Part shown: positions 21,158-31,531 of the stretch, one piece after another
How the letters are laid out: each line of letters begins with the position of its first letter
How positions within the stretch are numbered: position 1 is the stretch's first letter
Source: Candidatus Cloacimonadaceae bacterium
GTDB taxonomy: Bacteria; Cloacimonadota; Cloacimonadia; Cloacimonadales; TCS61
DNA: 64,000 nt
Direction of reading: 5' to 3'
Assembly: GCA_942491655.1 (NCBI GenBank)
Contig: CALOBL010000013.1
Location: 7,661 to 71,660, forward strand
Made by a program: the position numbers and the translations under genes
Notes under the pieces: generated by a model
Told to the model about the DNA's origin: nothing
The model's input: the letters and a program-made list of their open reading frames with translations, nothing else
The model's database searches: none

Positions 21158-21361
21158 AGTTTTGTAAACATTTCTTATTTTAAAGGAAATATACCGTGAT
21201 TGATATAAAAAACCGCTCGGCACTGGTAAATTGATTAATTGATGATGGAAATTGAAAAAACTAAAGTAAAAAACCTGAATATCCGATAATGAATAGCCAA
21301 CGCCCAATGTCCAAGTTTTACGAACAACACTTCATCATTCGATATTGAATGCTTTATGCGG

Positions 21362-21429
21362 GTTCCTAAACTTTTAAACTGTTTACCTTGTTGTATAACA
21401 GGGCTGCATAACAGTTCCTGTTTAGGAAC
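21362..21429 (-). repeat. Family-1 hairpin element, inverted copy
   Basis: Its reverse complement matches 383-450 at 67 of 68 nt. Confidence 0.85.
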
Positions 21430-21460
21430 CTTAAATTCTGGATAATTTGCCTTTTTACGC

Positions 21461-21505
21461 GTTCCTAAACTGCTAGGGTATGCACCCCGGTAAAAGTTTA
21501 GGAAC
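21461..21505 (+). repeat. Family-1 short variant (GTTCCTAAAC-tgctagGGTATGCACCccggtaaaa-GTTTAGGAAC)
   Basis: Perfect 10-bp terminal inverted repeats. The flank ggaacgagcg is shared with the 3923-3990 copy. Confidence 0.75.
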
Positions 21506-21695
21506 GAGCGATAGTTGCACACCTTTCTCACCCTTCGGAACGGTTCTGAATCTTCCGAAGATTTTATTCTTAAACCTAAAAATCATTGTACTTGTTACGC
21601 TGTCCGTTCTCCGTAGTAGTTTACTACGAAGGATGAAAGTTTATCGAAGGGTAACATTGTCTCAGGACAATTCATTCTCACTTATTATACTTTGA

Positions 21696-21766
21696 CCTGT
21701 CTTCGCTAATCCACCCTCCGAAGCATTGCTTCTGCGGAGGACGGGAGCTTCGCCAAGTCAGGCAGC
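21696..21766 (-). repeat. Family-2 interspersed repeat, inverted copy
   Basis: cctgtcttcgctaatccaccctccgaagcattgcttctgcggaggacgggagcttcgccaagtcaggcag aligns with the reverse complement of 4024-4103. Confidence 0.7.
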
Positions 21767-21962
21767 TCAGTATATACTGTGCAGTAATGACAATTAATTA
21801 TCTCTAAATAATCCCCGATCCACACTCACTTTTTGCCCATTTGGGGCAAACGTTCGCTGCGGATCAGGTCTTATAAAGAACAATTCATAATATCCAGGTT
21901 AATATTAACGCTGTCAGCAGGGGTTTGAAGACGGCATCATGAAAGTCAAGTGAAGTGCTTTG

Positions 21963-22211
21963 TTATGCCTTTTTGTCTTCAGCTTCTTTAACGCGAATTC
22001 TGTTACTGGCAACTTCCGTAAAATTCATGCCTTTTATCGCTGATTTGGCTTCTTCTGGATTCGGCATTTCAACAAAAGCAAAACCCTTGGATTTACCGGT
22101 AGTTTTGTCTAACACCAGATCACAAGATTGTACTGCGCCATATTCTTCAAAGAGAACTTTTATTTCTTCTTTCGTAGTACTACGATTAAGATTAAGAATT
22201 ATTAATTTCAT
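21963..22211 (-). CDS. RRM-type RNA-binding protein
   Basis: RNP-2 (LIILNL) and RNP-1 (KGFAFVEM) motifs; 82 aa; AGGGGGA RBS. Confidence 0.9.
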   Translation of the reverse strand: MKLIILNLNRSTTKEEIKVLFEEYGAVQSCDLVLDKTTGKSKGFAFVEMPNPEEAKSAIKGMNFTEVASNRIRVKEAEDKKA

Positions 22212-22329
22212 AAGTCAATATCCCCCTAAATGTCTAGTTATCCCACAGGAGTCCATATTTTTTGCATATAACGCCTCAATTTTGAGGTGCGTTTACGCGT
22301 TCATATCATTTGTTTGCTAGTTTATTCGA

Positions 22330-22533
22330 TTAAAGCGGAACAACTTTAGTAGCGCATGGACCCTTTTGTCCTTGGCCGACTTCATACTCTACGGCTTGGC
22401 CGTCATTAAGGGTCGTAAAGCCTTCACCTTGAATTTCAGAATGATGCACAAAAAGATCTTTGCCTCCATCCTCTGGGGTAATGAAACCAAACCCTTTATT
22501 TGCATTGAACCACTTAACTGTACCTTTACTCAT
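22330..22533 (-). CDS. cspA: Cold-shock protein (CspA family)
   Basis: [34 protein letters not shown] is the canonical cold-shock domain with RNP1/RNP2; AAGGAG RBS. Confidence 0.95.
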   Translation of the reverse strand: MSKGTVKWFNANKGFGFITPEDGGKDLFVHHSEIQGEGFTTLNDGQAVEYEVGQGQKGPCATKVVPL

Positions 22534-22618
22534 GTTTTTCTCCTTTGTTATGGTGAACGACTCTAGATATCACGATTCCAATTCACAGCTTGAAAATCGA
22601 GGTAATAATATCCTAACA

Positions 22619-22777
22619 CTAGATATCACTATTTTTAGTAGTATCTTCATCCTCAGCTAACGGGACTTGATCAGTTTCAGCACTTTTAGCCAACTTTTTT
22701 AGCCGTTTTTCTTCCTTTTTCTTCTTTTTTGCAATTTCTTTCTGTCTTTTTTCGTACGGATAATTAGTTTTTGCCAT
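22619..22777 (-). CDS. Possible small Lys/Glu-rich protein (52 aa) upstream of cspA
   Basis: ORF MAKTNYPYEKRQKEIAKKKKKEEKRLKKLAKSAETDQVPLAEDEDTTKNSDI lies below the ORF-track cutoff. Its ATG overlaps (TAATG) the stop of a 38-aa ORF at 22777-22893. It could instead be part of the csp 5-prime leader. Confidence 0.25.
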   Translation of the reverse strand: MAKTNYPYEKRQKEIAKKKKKEEKRLKKLAKSAETDQVPLAEDEDTTKNSDI

Positions 22778-23123
22778 TAGAATTCTCTTCCCTTAGTTTG
22801 GAAATAAGTGATGTTTGCATTAAATACATAACATCGCGATTTATTTCGGTTTTCACAGTTCAATTCTCTTGTACCTTCGCAGTATTGTTTCATTTCTTAA
22901 TTGCACCTCCTCAAAGAAATACACATATGCATTGCATATTTTAAAAAACCGTTTTCTGTCAATTCATATAATAACATGCAAAATAAACATTAAAAAACAT
23001 TTTTTGATTAGAAGTAGCTTAATTGGCTATTTGACTTTGCTTCGAACATTGCTCCAAACAGAATGTGTAAAATCGTGTAATTCTTATTTATCGGTCTTCC
23101 GGGATCTTATTTTAATACAAAAA

Positions 23124-23774
23124 TCAGATCAAACTGTTGATCAATAAGTAAATATCTTTGATCTTCAGAATCCCGTTTAAAATATAATCTCCTGAGAGTT
23201 CAAATCCGCCCAGAACAAAAGTAATGATGATGCCGTAACAGAAAATATTGGCAAAGATCAGGAAAACCGTTGAAAAAATCTTACCACTTTTAATTATATC
23301 AGGTTGCCGATAACTAAACTCCTGGCAGGTGGAAAGGAAATGATATGCTGTTAAGATTCCGAACAAGATAAAATAATAATTATGGAATTGTGGGCTCAGT
23401 ATCAAATAAACAGGAAGAATGAGAAAGACAAGGGTAGGAAGAAAATATGGTGCCAGCGTAATGATGAAATTACTGCCATAGAGCACAGTTGACCCACCTT
23501 CTCCATCCGTGGCATGAAAACCTACCGGTCTCTTGAAAAAGATCAGACCAATTATCAAATGCGTAAATTCATGCTCAAAGGTCGAGAAAAAATAACGTCG
23601 ACGTAAAAATATCAACCAGGCCAGGGTATAAGGGATAAAGCCGTAAGCAAAACATCTGATCGACGCTTGTTGGAGGTTAACGGATTTACAGATCAGAAAT
23701 AAGCTGAAACCATAACTTACCGCAAAAACCATACTTAGAATCATCACAACAAATTTCAAACTCTTCATATTCAT
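23124..23774 (-). CDS. Membrane protein with HExxH motif (DUF3267-like putative zincin)
   Basis: About six hydrophobic helices; FEHEFTHLIIG contains HEFTH. Confidence 0.45.
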   Translation of the reverse strand: MNMKSLKFVVMILSMVFAVSYGFSLFLICKSVNLQQASIRCFAYGFIPYTLAWLIFLRRRYFFSTFEHEFTHLIIGLIFFKRPVGFHATDGEGGSTVLYGSNFIITLAPYFLPTLVFLILPVYLILSPQFHNYYFILFGILTAYHFLSTCQEFSYRQPDIIKSGKIFSTVFLIFANIFCYGIIITFVLGGFELSGDYILNGILKIKDIYLLINSLI

Positions 23775-24219
23775 CCCTTACAAGATTTTGTATTAAAATC
23801 ATTATTTCAATTCTACCCTTAGATAACAAGAAAAAAAATCGGCCTAGGGAGTTTAAATTGATCTGACCTTCCTAAATATTAATGAACAACCCCGGGGCAG
23901 AGACCCGAGGTATCAAAACAACGGGAACAATCTTTAGTTTTGTGTAAACCCCATTATTCTACAAGTTACAGTTTTCAATTCTATCTTCAAATAGGATCTG
24001 GAGCTGCGAATATATTTGATCTCATTTTTTATGTTTACCGGAATAAAAGTAATTGAAACCAGAATAAATATCTTACAGTTTGGGAATTAGATTCCCATAA
24101 TGTAATAAATGGTGGAGATTATGATTAAAAGAAATATTGAAAGTTCTCTTCAAAAACTTCAAGGATTCATTACTGTTCTTAATTTATAAGGATATATAAT
24201 TGATTCAATTCTTATTTAT

Positions 24220-24371
24220 ACAATTTAAGGGTTCAAGTCCAGATCGATTATTAGTTACCTTTTTATGTGGTTGATGCTCTTAAAACAGTTGAAGTTTCTA
24301 AAGGGAATCACCCATTTAGAAACTTCTAATTTGAATTTGCTTTAGCTAATTCAAACTGGCACGCCCGAAAG
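24220..24371 (+). repeat. Copy 1 of a perfect ~152-bp direct repeat, ending in the last 15 nt of tRNA-Arg (including CCA)
   Basis: Identical by reading to 24483-24634. Begins with TTAAGGGTTCAAGTCC, a T-arm sequence in the orientation opposite to the gene. Contains the 12-bp stem gaagtttctaaa/tttagaaacttc and ends ctggcacgcccgaaag. Confidence 0.9.
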
Positions 24372-24388
24372 CTATCAAATTTGCATTC

Positions 24389-24423
24389 GCAAATTTAATT
24401 TAGAAGTTTCCTGCGAAAACTTC
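24389..24423 (+). repeat. Short hairpin repeat, copy of 147-182
   Basis: gcaaatttaatttagaagtttcctgcgaaaacttc compared with gcaaattgaatttagaagttttcttcagaaaacttc. Confidence 0.6.
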
Positions 24424-24482
24424 AGGAATACATTATTGTTCACATTTTATCAGTGTAAATAATTGGATCGATTATTATTGAA

Positions 24483-24634
24483 ACAATTTAAGGGTTCAAG
24501 TCCAGATCGATTATTAGTTACCTTTTTATGTGGTTGATGCTCTTAAAACAGTTGAAGTTTCTAAAGGGAATCACCCATTTAGAAACTTCTAATTTGAATT
24601 TGCTTTAGCTAATTCAAACTGGCACGCCCGAAAG
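24483..24634 (+). repeat. Copy 2 of the ~152-bp direct repeat, overlapping the 3-prime end of the tRNA-Arg gene
   Basis: Identical to 24220-24371. The repeat period is 263 bp. Confidence 0.9.
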
Positions 24635-24696
24635 GACTTGAACCCTTAACCCTCTGATCCGAAGTCAGATGCTCTATCCAATTGAGCTACGGGCGC
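24620..24696 (-). tRNA. tRNA-Arg (anticodon TCG), CCA encoded
   Basis: Reverse strand reads GCGCCCG-TA-GCTC-AATTGGATA-GAGC-A-TCTGA-CTTCGGA-TCAGA-GGGTT-AAGGG-TTCAAGT-CCTTT-CGGGCGT-G-CCA. This folds into a full cloverleaf with a G1-U72 wobble pair. Confidence 0.9.
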
Positions 24697-24787
24697 GCAT
24701 ACAGATTGCAAAAATATTTTGACCGTTTTTGTTGTCCAATCTTTTTTGTTTGCTATTATGTAATAAAGTCCATAAAAGGAGAGAATA

Positions 24788-25512
24788 ATGAATAAAGTAT
24801 TTTATTTACTTATTACTGTTATATTTACAGTAAGTACCCTGGCAGCACAGAAAATGCACGAAGGTGAAGATCCCTTCATGAATTATTATAATGAGCAGAC
24901 TAACGAAAATTTAATTGAGGCTATTAATTATCTTTCTAATCTGGTGGAACCGAGCAGGGTCTGGACAGCAGGATAAAGCTTTCCAACCTCTATGTAATGG
25001 CTCTGGAAAAAGAGTTAGGCAGTCTGGCGGCAGATTTGGACAGTTTGACAATGATGAATAAATTCCAATATGCAAATTTATTATTAGCTTTGAACCGTAA
25101 TGATGAAGCAATTCCGATCTATGAAGATCTCAATGCTTCTGCTCCAGCCTGGTCCTGCCCCTGGCGTCATAAGGGTGAAGCTTTTTTTAAATCCAGTCGT
25201 CTGGAAGAAGCAGAAATAGCATTAGAAAAAGCTATTGAAACCAGAGTAGAACATTATGATGCTTATGTAATGATGGCTGATGTTAAGAACGAAATGGGCA
25301 AATATAAAGAAGCCCTGGAAACGTTGGAGACTGGTTTTACCTATCTGGGGGAAGATATTGAAGATCCGGCAGAAGAAGTAAATGATCTGGATGTAAAATT
25401 TCTTTATCTGGAACTGCTCAGGAAGAATGATCGTCAGGAAGAATACAACGAACTGAAAATGAAGTTGCAGAAGATCGCACCTGAAGATAAAAGATTAGCA
25501 GAAGGAATGTAA
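24788..25512 (+). CDS. Secreted TPR-like protein, apparently split by one frameshift near 24950
   Basis: The signal-peptide ORF 24788-24976 runs into ORF 24997-25512, whose frame is open back to 24940 (SGGTEQGLDSRIKLSNLYVMALEKE). TPR-like helices follow. Confidence 0.5.
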
Positions 25513-25582
25513 AAAAACTGGTCAGTTGTGAACCTGAAGCAACCATCAGTAAAAGAGTATCAAAAAAAAGAATTTTCCGGAA

Positions 25583-25606
25583 AAGCCCTTTAATCAGGGC
25601 TTTTTC
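25583..25606 (+). terminator. Rho-independent terminator
   Basis: Stem aagccct/agggctt followed by a T-run. Confidence 0.6.
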
Positions 25607-25714
25607 TATTATATTACAGTTAAATCAACATTTTTTGATTGTCAAATTTACTGATCTGATGTTTGGAACATTTATTGCAATTTAATCAATATTAATAAAA
25701 TCTATGGGGGTTTC

Positions 25715-28252
25715 ATGAAAGTTACTGATATTTTGTTTATTATTTTTTTATCATTTCTTATAATTAATCTTAATGCTGCAGAGAAAATGGTAGTACGTTT
25801 TAATGAACCCAACTTGCAGATCGTGCGGGAATTTCGTAATGATCAGCACGATGTGGCTTCTTACAGACCGGGAGAATATCTAGATATCGTAGTAACCGAA
25901 TCCTTTTATAATGAGCTCAAAGCACGCGGTCTGGATATTTCCATTACCCAGACGGAAGCGCAATTGAAAGAGAATCTTCAATCCACCCGTGAACTGGATG
26001 GTTATCAGACACATGCTGAGATCAATGGTCAGATGCTTTTGTATTCCTACCTTTATCCTGATATCTGTGAACTGCATGTACTGGGTGATACGTGGGGTAA
26101 AACCTATTATGAAGCAGGAAATGATAATTATTATGACTATGATCAGGAGATCTGGGGACTGAAATTATCTGATAATGTTTCCGAAGAAGAAGATGAACCA
26201 TGTGTTTATTATTTCGGAGCTCATCATGCTAGAGAACCCATCAGCGCAGAAATGACGATGACAATTCTGGATCATTTGCTTTCTAATTATGGTACAGATC
26301 CTGAGATAACCGAAAGCATAAATTCAACCCAGATCTGGTTCATTCCTGTTGTAAATCCCAACGGGCACAAGATCGTAACAGATGAACTGGATGTCTGGTG
26401 GAGAAAAAATATCCGGGACAATAACGAGAACGGCATGTTGGATGAAGAAGATTATGGTGACTATCTGGATGGAGTTGATCCCAACCGTAATTACGGATTT
26501 GAATGGGGTCTGGTTGGAGCTTCAGACCTTTGGGAAAGTCAAACCTATCACGGTCCTGGTCCAATTTCCGAACCGGAGAACCAGGTTGTGGCAGAGCTTA
26601 TCGGAGCTCATCATTTTATCGCCGGCATCAGCTATCATACTCATGGAGAATGGGTACTATTTCCTTATGGTTACAGCGACGGTGTAATGGCCCCGGATCA
26701 TGACGCTCTGCAGGAACTTGCCGTTGCCATGGCGGAACAGATACCTTCTCAGGATTATGGATATTATACACCAGCCGAAGCCTGGGGTTTGTATCCCTGT
26801 ATGGGAACCCTCGATGATTATGCCTATGGGGTCAGAGGTATTTTCTCTTATACCATTGAAATGGCAACTCAGTTCATTCCTCCAGCTGCTAATGTTCCCT
26901 TGATCTGTGAAGACAATCTTGACGCCGCATTAACTTTATTAGATAGAAAAAATCACTCCATTTTAACCGGGCACGTTACTGACAATGCAACTGATCTTCC
27001 TCTGGTAGCTGAGATATTTATCGAGGGCATTGATAACTCCGAAGAATTCCGTTACCCGTATCTTTCCAATGAACTCTATGGCTCTTATTACAGGCTTCTT
27101 ACCGATGGTTTTTACGATGTGACCATTTCTGCTTATGGTTATAGCTCACAAACTTTTGAAAATATTGAAATAACTTCTGCTGAGCAGACTATCCTGAACG
27201 CAGCATTAGATCCTGTACCCTATACTTTTCTTTCCGGAAATGTTTATAATGCTGATACAATTGAACCGGTGGAAAATTGCCGGATAGAAATCATTGATAC
27301 ACCATTGGAAGCCGTTTTCACTAATTCTGAAGGAGCATACGAATTCTCTGATGTTGCCGTTGATACTTACCAAGTTCTACTTACGGCAGCAGGTTTCTCT
27401 TCCCGTTTGGAAAGTATAACCCTGGAAGAAGAAGATAATGTTATAAATTTTGTGCTGGAAGTTTCGGAAGCTGAAAGTTTTGAACTGACTGAATTCGGCT
27501 ATGAATGGTCCTCAATCGGGGATGCCGATTGGTTCATAGATAACAATGAATCTTATGACGGATTCCATTCCGCTCGTTCCGGAATTATCGGCAGTATGGA
27601 ATCAACTTCTCTTCTCATAACACTTAATGTTATTGAAGAAGATGAAATAAGCTTTTATAAAAAAGTCTCCTGTGAAGATGATACCAGCAACGATAATTTC
27701 GACTACCTGCTCTTCCTGATAGATGATATTGAAATGGGACGTTGGGATGGTGAAATAGACTGGAGTCTTGAAACTTTCACAGTATCGGCAGGGCAGCATA
27801 CTTTTGAATGGCGTTACGAGAAGGATGGCTATGTATCTTCCGGTTCAGACTGTGCCTGGATCGATTACGTCGAGCTTCCTGAATATGATAATACCTCAAG
27901 CCAGGAAACCGAAGATTCACCTGTAAGCATGAAGTTGTTCGGTAATTACCCGAATCCATTTAATCCGGAAACAGTAATTTCCTTTAGTTTAAACACCCGT
28001 CTTCGTTCCAATGATGGAAACTACGCCGGGCAGGCTGAGAACACGGAGTTGTGTATTTATAATGCGAAAGGACAGAGAGTTAAATCTTTCTTTTTATCCT
28101 TCGACTCCGCTCAGGATGACCAGGAAAGCAGCAGAAAAGTTATCTGGGATGGAACTAATGATGCCGGCCAGCCAGTCTCTTCCGGGATTTATTTTTACAA
28201 ATTACAATCAGGAGATAAAAGCCTTACCCGAAAAATGGTATTAATGAAATAA
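25715..28252 (+). CDS. Secreted M14 zinc carboxypeptidase with CarboxypepD_reg-like domains, a jelly-roll-like module and T9SS CTD
   Basis: Signal peptide; zinc/catalytic motifs GAHHAREPIS, NPNGH, DPNRNY, SYHTHGE; C-terminal NYPNPFNPETVISFSL...GIYFYKL...RKMVLMK with repeat-derived loop inserts. Confidence 0.85.
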   Translation: MKVTDILFIIFLSFLIINLNAAEKMVVRFNEPNLQIVREFRNDQHDVASYRPGEYLDIVVTESFYNELKARGLDISITQTEAQLKENLQSTRELDGYQTHAEINGQMLLYSYLYPDICELHVLGDTWGKTYYEAGNDNYYDYDQEIWGLKLSDNVSEEEDEPCVYYFGAHHAREPISAEMTMTILDHLLSNYGTDPEITESINSTQIWFIPVVNPNGHKIVTDELDVWWRKNIRDNNENGMLDEEDYGDYLDGVDPNRNYGFEWGLVGASDLWESQTYHGPGPISEPENQVVAELIGAHHFIAGISYHTHGEWVLFPYGYSDGVMAPDHDALQELAVAMAEQIPSQDYGYYTPAEAWGLYPCMGTLDDYAYGVRGIFSYTIEMATQFIPPAANVPLICEDNLDAALTLLDRKNHSILTGHVTDNATDLPLVAEIFIEGIDNSEEFRYPYLSNELYGSYYRLLTDGFYDVTISAYGYSSQTFENIEITSAEQTILNAALDPVPYTFLSGNVYNADTIEPVENCRIEIIDTPLEAVFTNSEGAYEFSDVAVDTYQVLLTAAGFSSRLESITLEEEDNVINFVLEVSEAESFELTEFGYEWSSIGDADWFIDNNESYDGFHSARSGIIGSMESTSLLITLNVIEEDEISFYKKVSCEDDTSNDNFDYLLFLIDDIEMGRWDGEIDWSLETFTVSAGQHTFEWRYEKDGYVSSGSDCAWIDYVELPEYDNTSSQETEDSPVSMKLFGNYPNPFNPETVISFSLNTRLRSNDGNYAGQAENTELCIYNAKGQRVKSFFLSFDSAQDDQESSRKVIWDGTNDAGQPVSSGIYFYKLQSGDKSLTRKMVLMK

Positions 28253-28299
28253 ACCTGATAAAGTTGAATCGCTCGTAGTTTATAGACTGAGAGGTTTTT

Positions 28300-31200
28300 A
28301 TGAGATTTCGGTGTATATTAATTTTTATTATTTCTTCAGTTTTTTTATTTTCGGCAGGAAATTATGTACCAGGGCAGATCATCATTCAGCTGAAGCATAC
28401 AGGCCAGGAACAGTCGAATGAAATTGAGCAGATCAGACAGGATCTTCCCCACTTGAATATCACCGAAAGCAGATTACTCTCCCGGCGCATGGGTGCCTGG
28501 CTGATAAATTTCGACACTTCGAGATCAACTGCAGAAGCTGCAATAATTGAGTTCAACTCACATCCTCTGATCAGGATCTCCCAATTGAACCATTTTGTGC
28601 AGGAAAGAGAAACATATCCGAATGATCCTGATTTCGCAAATCAATGGCATCTAGAGAACACCGGTCAAAGCGGTGGTCTGGAAGATGCCGATATCGATGC
28701 CCCGGCTGCCTGGGATATTTCCACTGGTGGAGTTACTGCTCTGGGTGATACTATAGTGCTGGCAATTATCGATTCCGGAAATTACATTGAACATGAAGAT
28801 CTTAATTTCTGGAAAAACAATCTGGAGATTCCCGGTAATGAAATAGATGACGACAACAACGGATACATCGATGATTTTGATGGCTGGAATGCTGTGGACC
28901 ACAATGGGAGCATAACAACCAGTTCACATGGTACTCATGTTTCAGGTATTGCCGGAGCAATTGGCAATAACAACATAGGTGTCAGTGGAATAAACTGGAA
29001 TGCCCGGATCATGCCGGTAAGGGGCTCATCTTCAACCGAATCTGTTGTGGTGGAAGCTTATGGATATGTGCTGGAAATGAGATCACGTTATAACGAAACC
29101 GGCGGAGCGGAAGGTGCTTTTGTGGTTGCAACCAATGCCTCATTCGGAGTAAATCACGGCGATCCTGATAATTTTCCCATCTGGTCTGCCATTTATGATT
29201 CTTTAGGCATGCAGGGAGTGTTGAGTTGCGGAGCTACCATGAACTCCAATGAAGATGTAGATCTCGTAGGAGATATGCCCACCGCTTGCAATAGCGACTT
29301 CCTGATAGCCGTAACAAATACAACCGATGAAGATCTAAAAAATAATGGTGCCGCTTACGGATTAACCACTATCGATCTGGGTGCCCCCGGCACGAATATT
29401 TACTCAACCGATTTACCCAATTACGGCTCTTATTCCTATAAAACCGGCACTTCCATGGCCTGCCCCCAGGTAACGGGTGCAATAGGTTTTCTTTTCTCGG
29501 CCGCCCCTGCTTCCTTCATGCAGAATTATCTGGCTCAACCTGCTGAATATGCTCTGCTCATTAAACAATACATATTAGATGGAACAGATCCGGTTGAAGA
29601 TCTGGATGGCATAACAGTAACCGGAGGAAGATTGAACATAAATAATTCTCTGGAATTCTTTGATTGGGGACCGGGACCTTTCGAAGTAAGTGGAAATATT
29701 AGTTTCGACATGACATGGGAAGCAGATACAGTTCATGTTATTGGAGATGTGATCATTGAGGAAGGTGCAACTGTGACAATTCCGGCAGGAACCAGGGTTC
29801 AGTTCGAGAACTATTATAATATAGAAATACACGGAGCTCTTCTGGCCGAAGGTACGGAAACCGATTCAATACGATTTACCGCTGCAGATACCACTGGTTT
29901 TTTCAATCCATATCTTACAGATGGAAGTTGGAATGGATTATCTTTTATTGAGGTCGGAGCAGACAATGTGCAGTCTATTTTTTCCCACTGTATATTTGAA
30001 TACGGCAAAGCCATCGTTAATTATCAGCCGGTAGAAGGTGCTTGCCTGGAAATTATTAATTCCCCGGAGATATTGATCAGCAATTCCTCCTTCCAAAACA
30101 ATTTTGCGGGATACGGAGGAGCAATTTACTGCGTTGGATCAGAGCTGATCGTGCAAAATTCTGTATTCAGTGATAATATTGCAGCCTTTTCGGGTGGAGC
30201 GATCTTTGCTGATAATTGTGAGTTGGTCACGATTGAAAGTTCCAATTTTAATAACAATCTTGCCTTGCAGGGTGGAGCCTTATATATTTCTGGAAGCAGT
30301 CCTGAACTTTATGAAAATGAATTCACTGCTAATACTACCAGGATCGGACAAGATTCTGCCGGAGGAGCTTTATATTTGAATGTTAATTCCAGCTCAATTC
30401 TGAATAACATCTTTGACCTGAATTCCTGCAGTGGTAAAGGAGGAGCCATCTTTCTGGAAGGCGATTCCGGTCTGTCTCATTACATTACAAAAAATAGATT
30501 CCGGGCTAACGCGGCTAACAGCGATGGTGGCACACTTTATATTCATCAGAATTCAAATTTGAATATAATCAATAATCTAATATGTGAATCATCTTCTTAT
30601 CTTGGAAATGGTGGTGCAATAAATATGGTTGGCATTCAGATTGCCCTGATGTGCAATAATACTCTGGCTGATAATCATGCAGATAATGGAAACGGGGTTG
30701 GACTTTACTGCCATGATTGTGAAGATATTGAATCCTTTAATAACATTTATTGGGATACAGCAAACCCGGATAGCCTCCACCAGATAGCCTTGTCGTATAC
30801 AACTATTAATTTCCAGTATGACAATATTCAAAATGGTCTGCAGGGAATTTCTCACGGCGACAGTGTTGAATACAATTGCGAAGCTCTGATAACAACTGAA
30901 CCTGAGTTCTCCGGCATAGGAGATCATCCCTACGAACTTCTCATCACTTCAGGCTCTATAAATACAGGTACCCCCGATACAGCAGGGCTGGGTCTGCCTG
31001 AATTCGACCTGGCTGGTAATCCCAGAGTTTATGAAGGATATGTGACAAATATAGATATCGGGGCATATGAATTTCAGGGAGACACTTCCGCCAGTGAAGA
31101 AGATGAAATTCCTGCCGGAAAACCCCTAATTCTAAGTATTTATCCTAATCCTTTCAATCCGTCCACGACGATTTCCTTCAGTTTAACCACCAGTCTTCGT

Positions 31201-31501
31201 TCAACGATGGGAAAATTGAAGGCAGAGAACACGGAGCTTTGTATTTATAACATTAAAGGTCAGAAGGTTAAAAGGTTATTAATAAACTGTCACCCTGAGT
31301 TTATCGAAGGGGCAGTTTATGAGATGAATGCTCCCAGTCCTTCGACAGATCTCCCAGGATCACACGAGCTGGAAGCAAAATTATTCAGTAACCTGGGACG
31401 GCACTGATAATAATGGGAACCCGGTTCCTTCGGGAGTATATTTTTCTAAGTTGACAACAGGCAGGCAATTTAGTTTTAGGAAAATGCTTTTATTGAAATA
31501 G
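28300..31501 (+). CDS. Secreted S8 subtilisin-like peptidase with right-handed beta-helix (Pmp-like GGAIY repeats) and T9SS CTD; the CTD is frameshifted by a 91-nt insertion
   Basis: Asp/His/Ser triad contexts AIIDSGN, HGTHVSGIAG, GTSMACPQVTG. The ORF-track frame ends at 31407, but the +1 frame from about 31376 reads QNYSVTWDGTDNNGNPVPSGVYFSKLTTGRQFSFRKMLLLK and stops at 31499-31501. Confidence 0.8.
31288..31378 (+). mobile_element. 91-nt imperfect palindromic (MITE/REP-like) insertion inside the S8 CTD coding sequence
   Basis: Arms gtcaccctgagtttatcgaagg and ccttcgacagatctcccaggatcac are inverted complements. The length is 3n+1, it lies between CTD strands (KVKRLLIN | QNYSVTWDG), and related tcgaaggg cores occur at 4090-4103, 21640-21655 and 41110-41135. 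Confidence 0.6.
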
Positions 31502-31531
31502 ATTATAAAGAAAATTGAAAGGTGAGGAATT

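Noticed and set aside
20975-21531. ORFs 20975-21307 and 21235-21531 (minus strand) and 21480-21695 / 21955-22320 (plus strand) as real genes
   Set aside because: They overlap either the 3-prime end of the TPR gene or the interspersed repeat copies (family 1 and 2), or are antisense to the RRM gene. Their translations are simply read-through of repeat DNA.
24220-24634. Possible CRISPR array, given direct repeats separated by a unique spacer
   Set aside because: There are only two copies, the repeat is ~152 bp with a 111-112-bp spacer, it overlaps a tRNA 3-prime end, and no cas genes are in the window. The geometry does not fit a CRISPR array.
23775-24786. Integrated mobile element or prophage at the tRNA-Arg gene
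   Set aside because: The duplicated tRNA 3-prime end is only about 250 bp from the gene. No integrase, excisionase or phage/ICE genes flank it; the neighbours are a membrane HExxH protein and a TPR protein.
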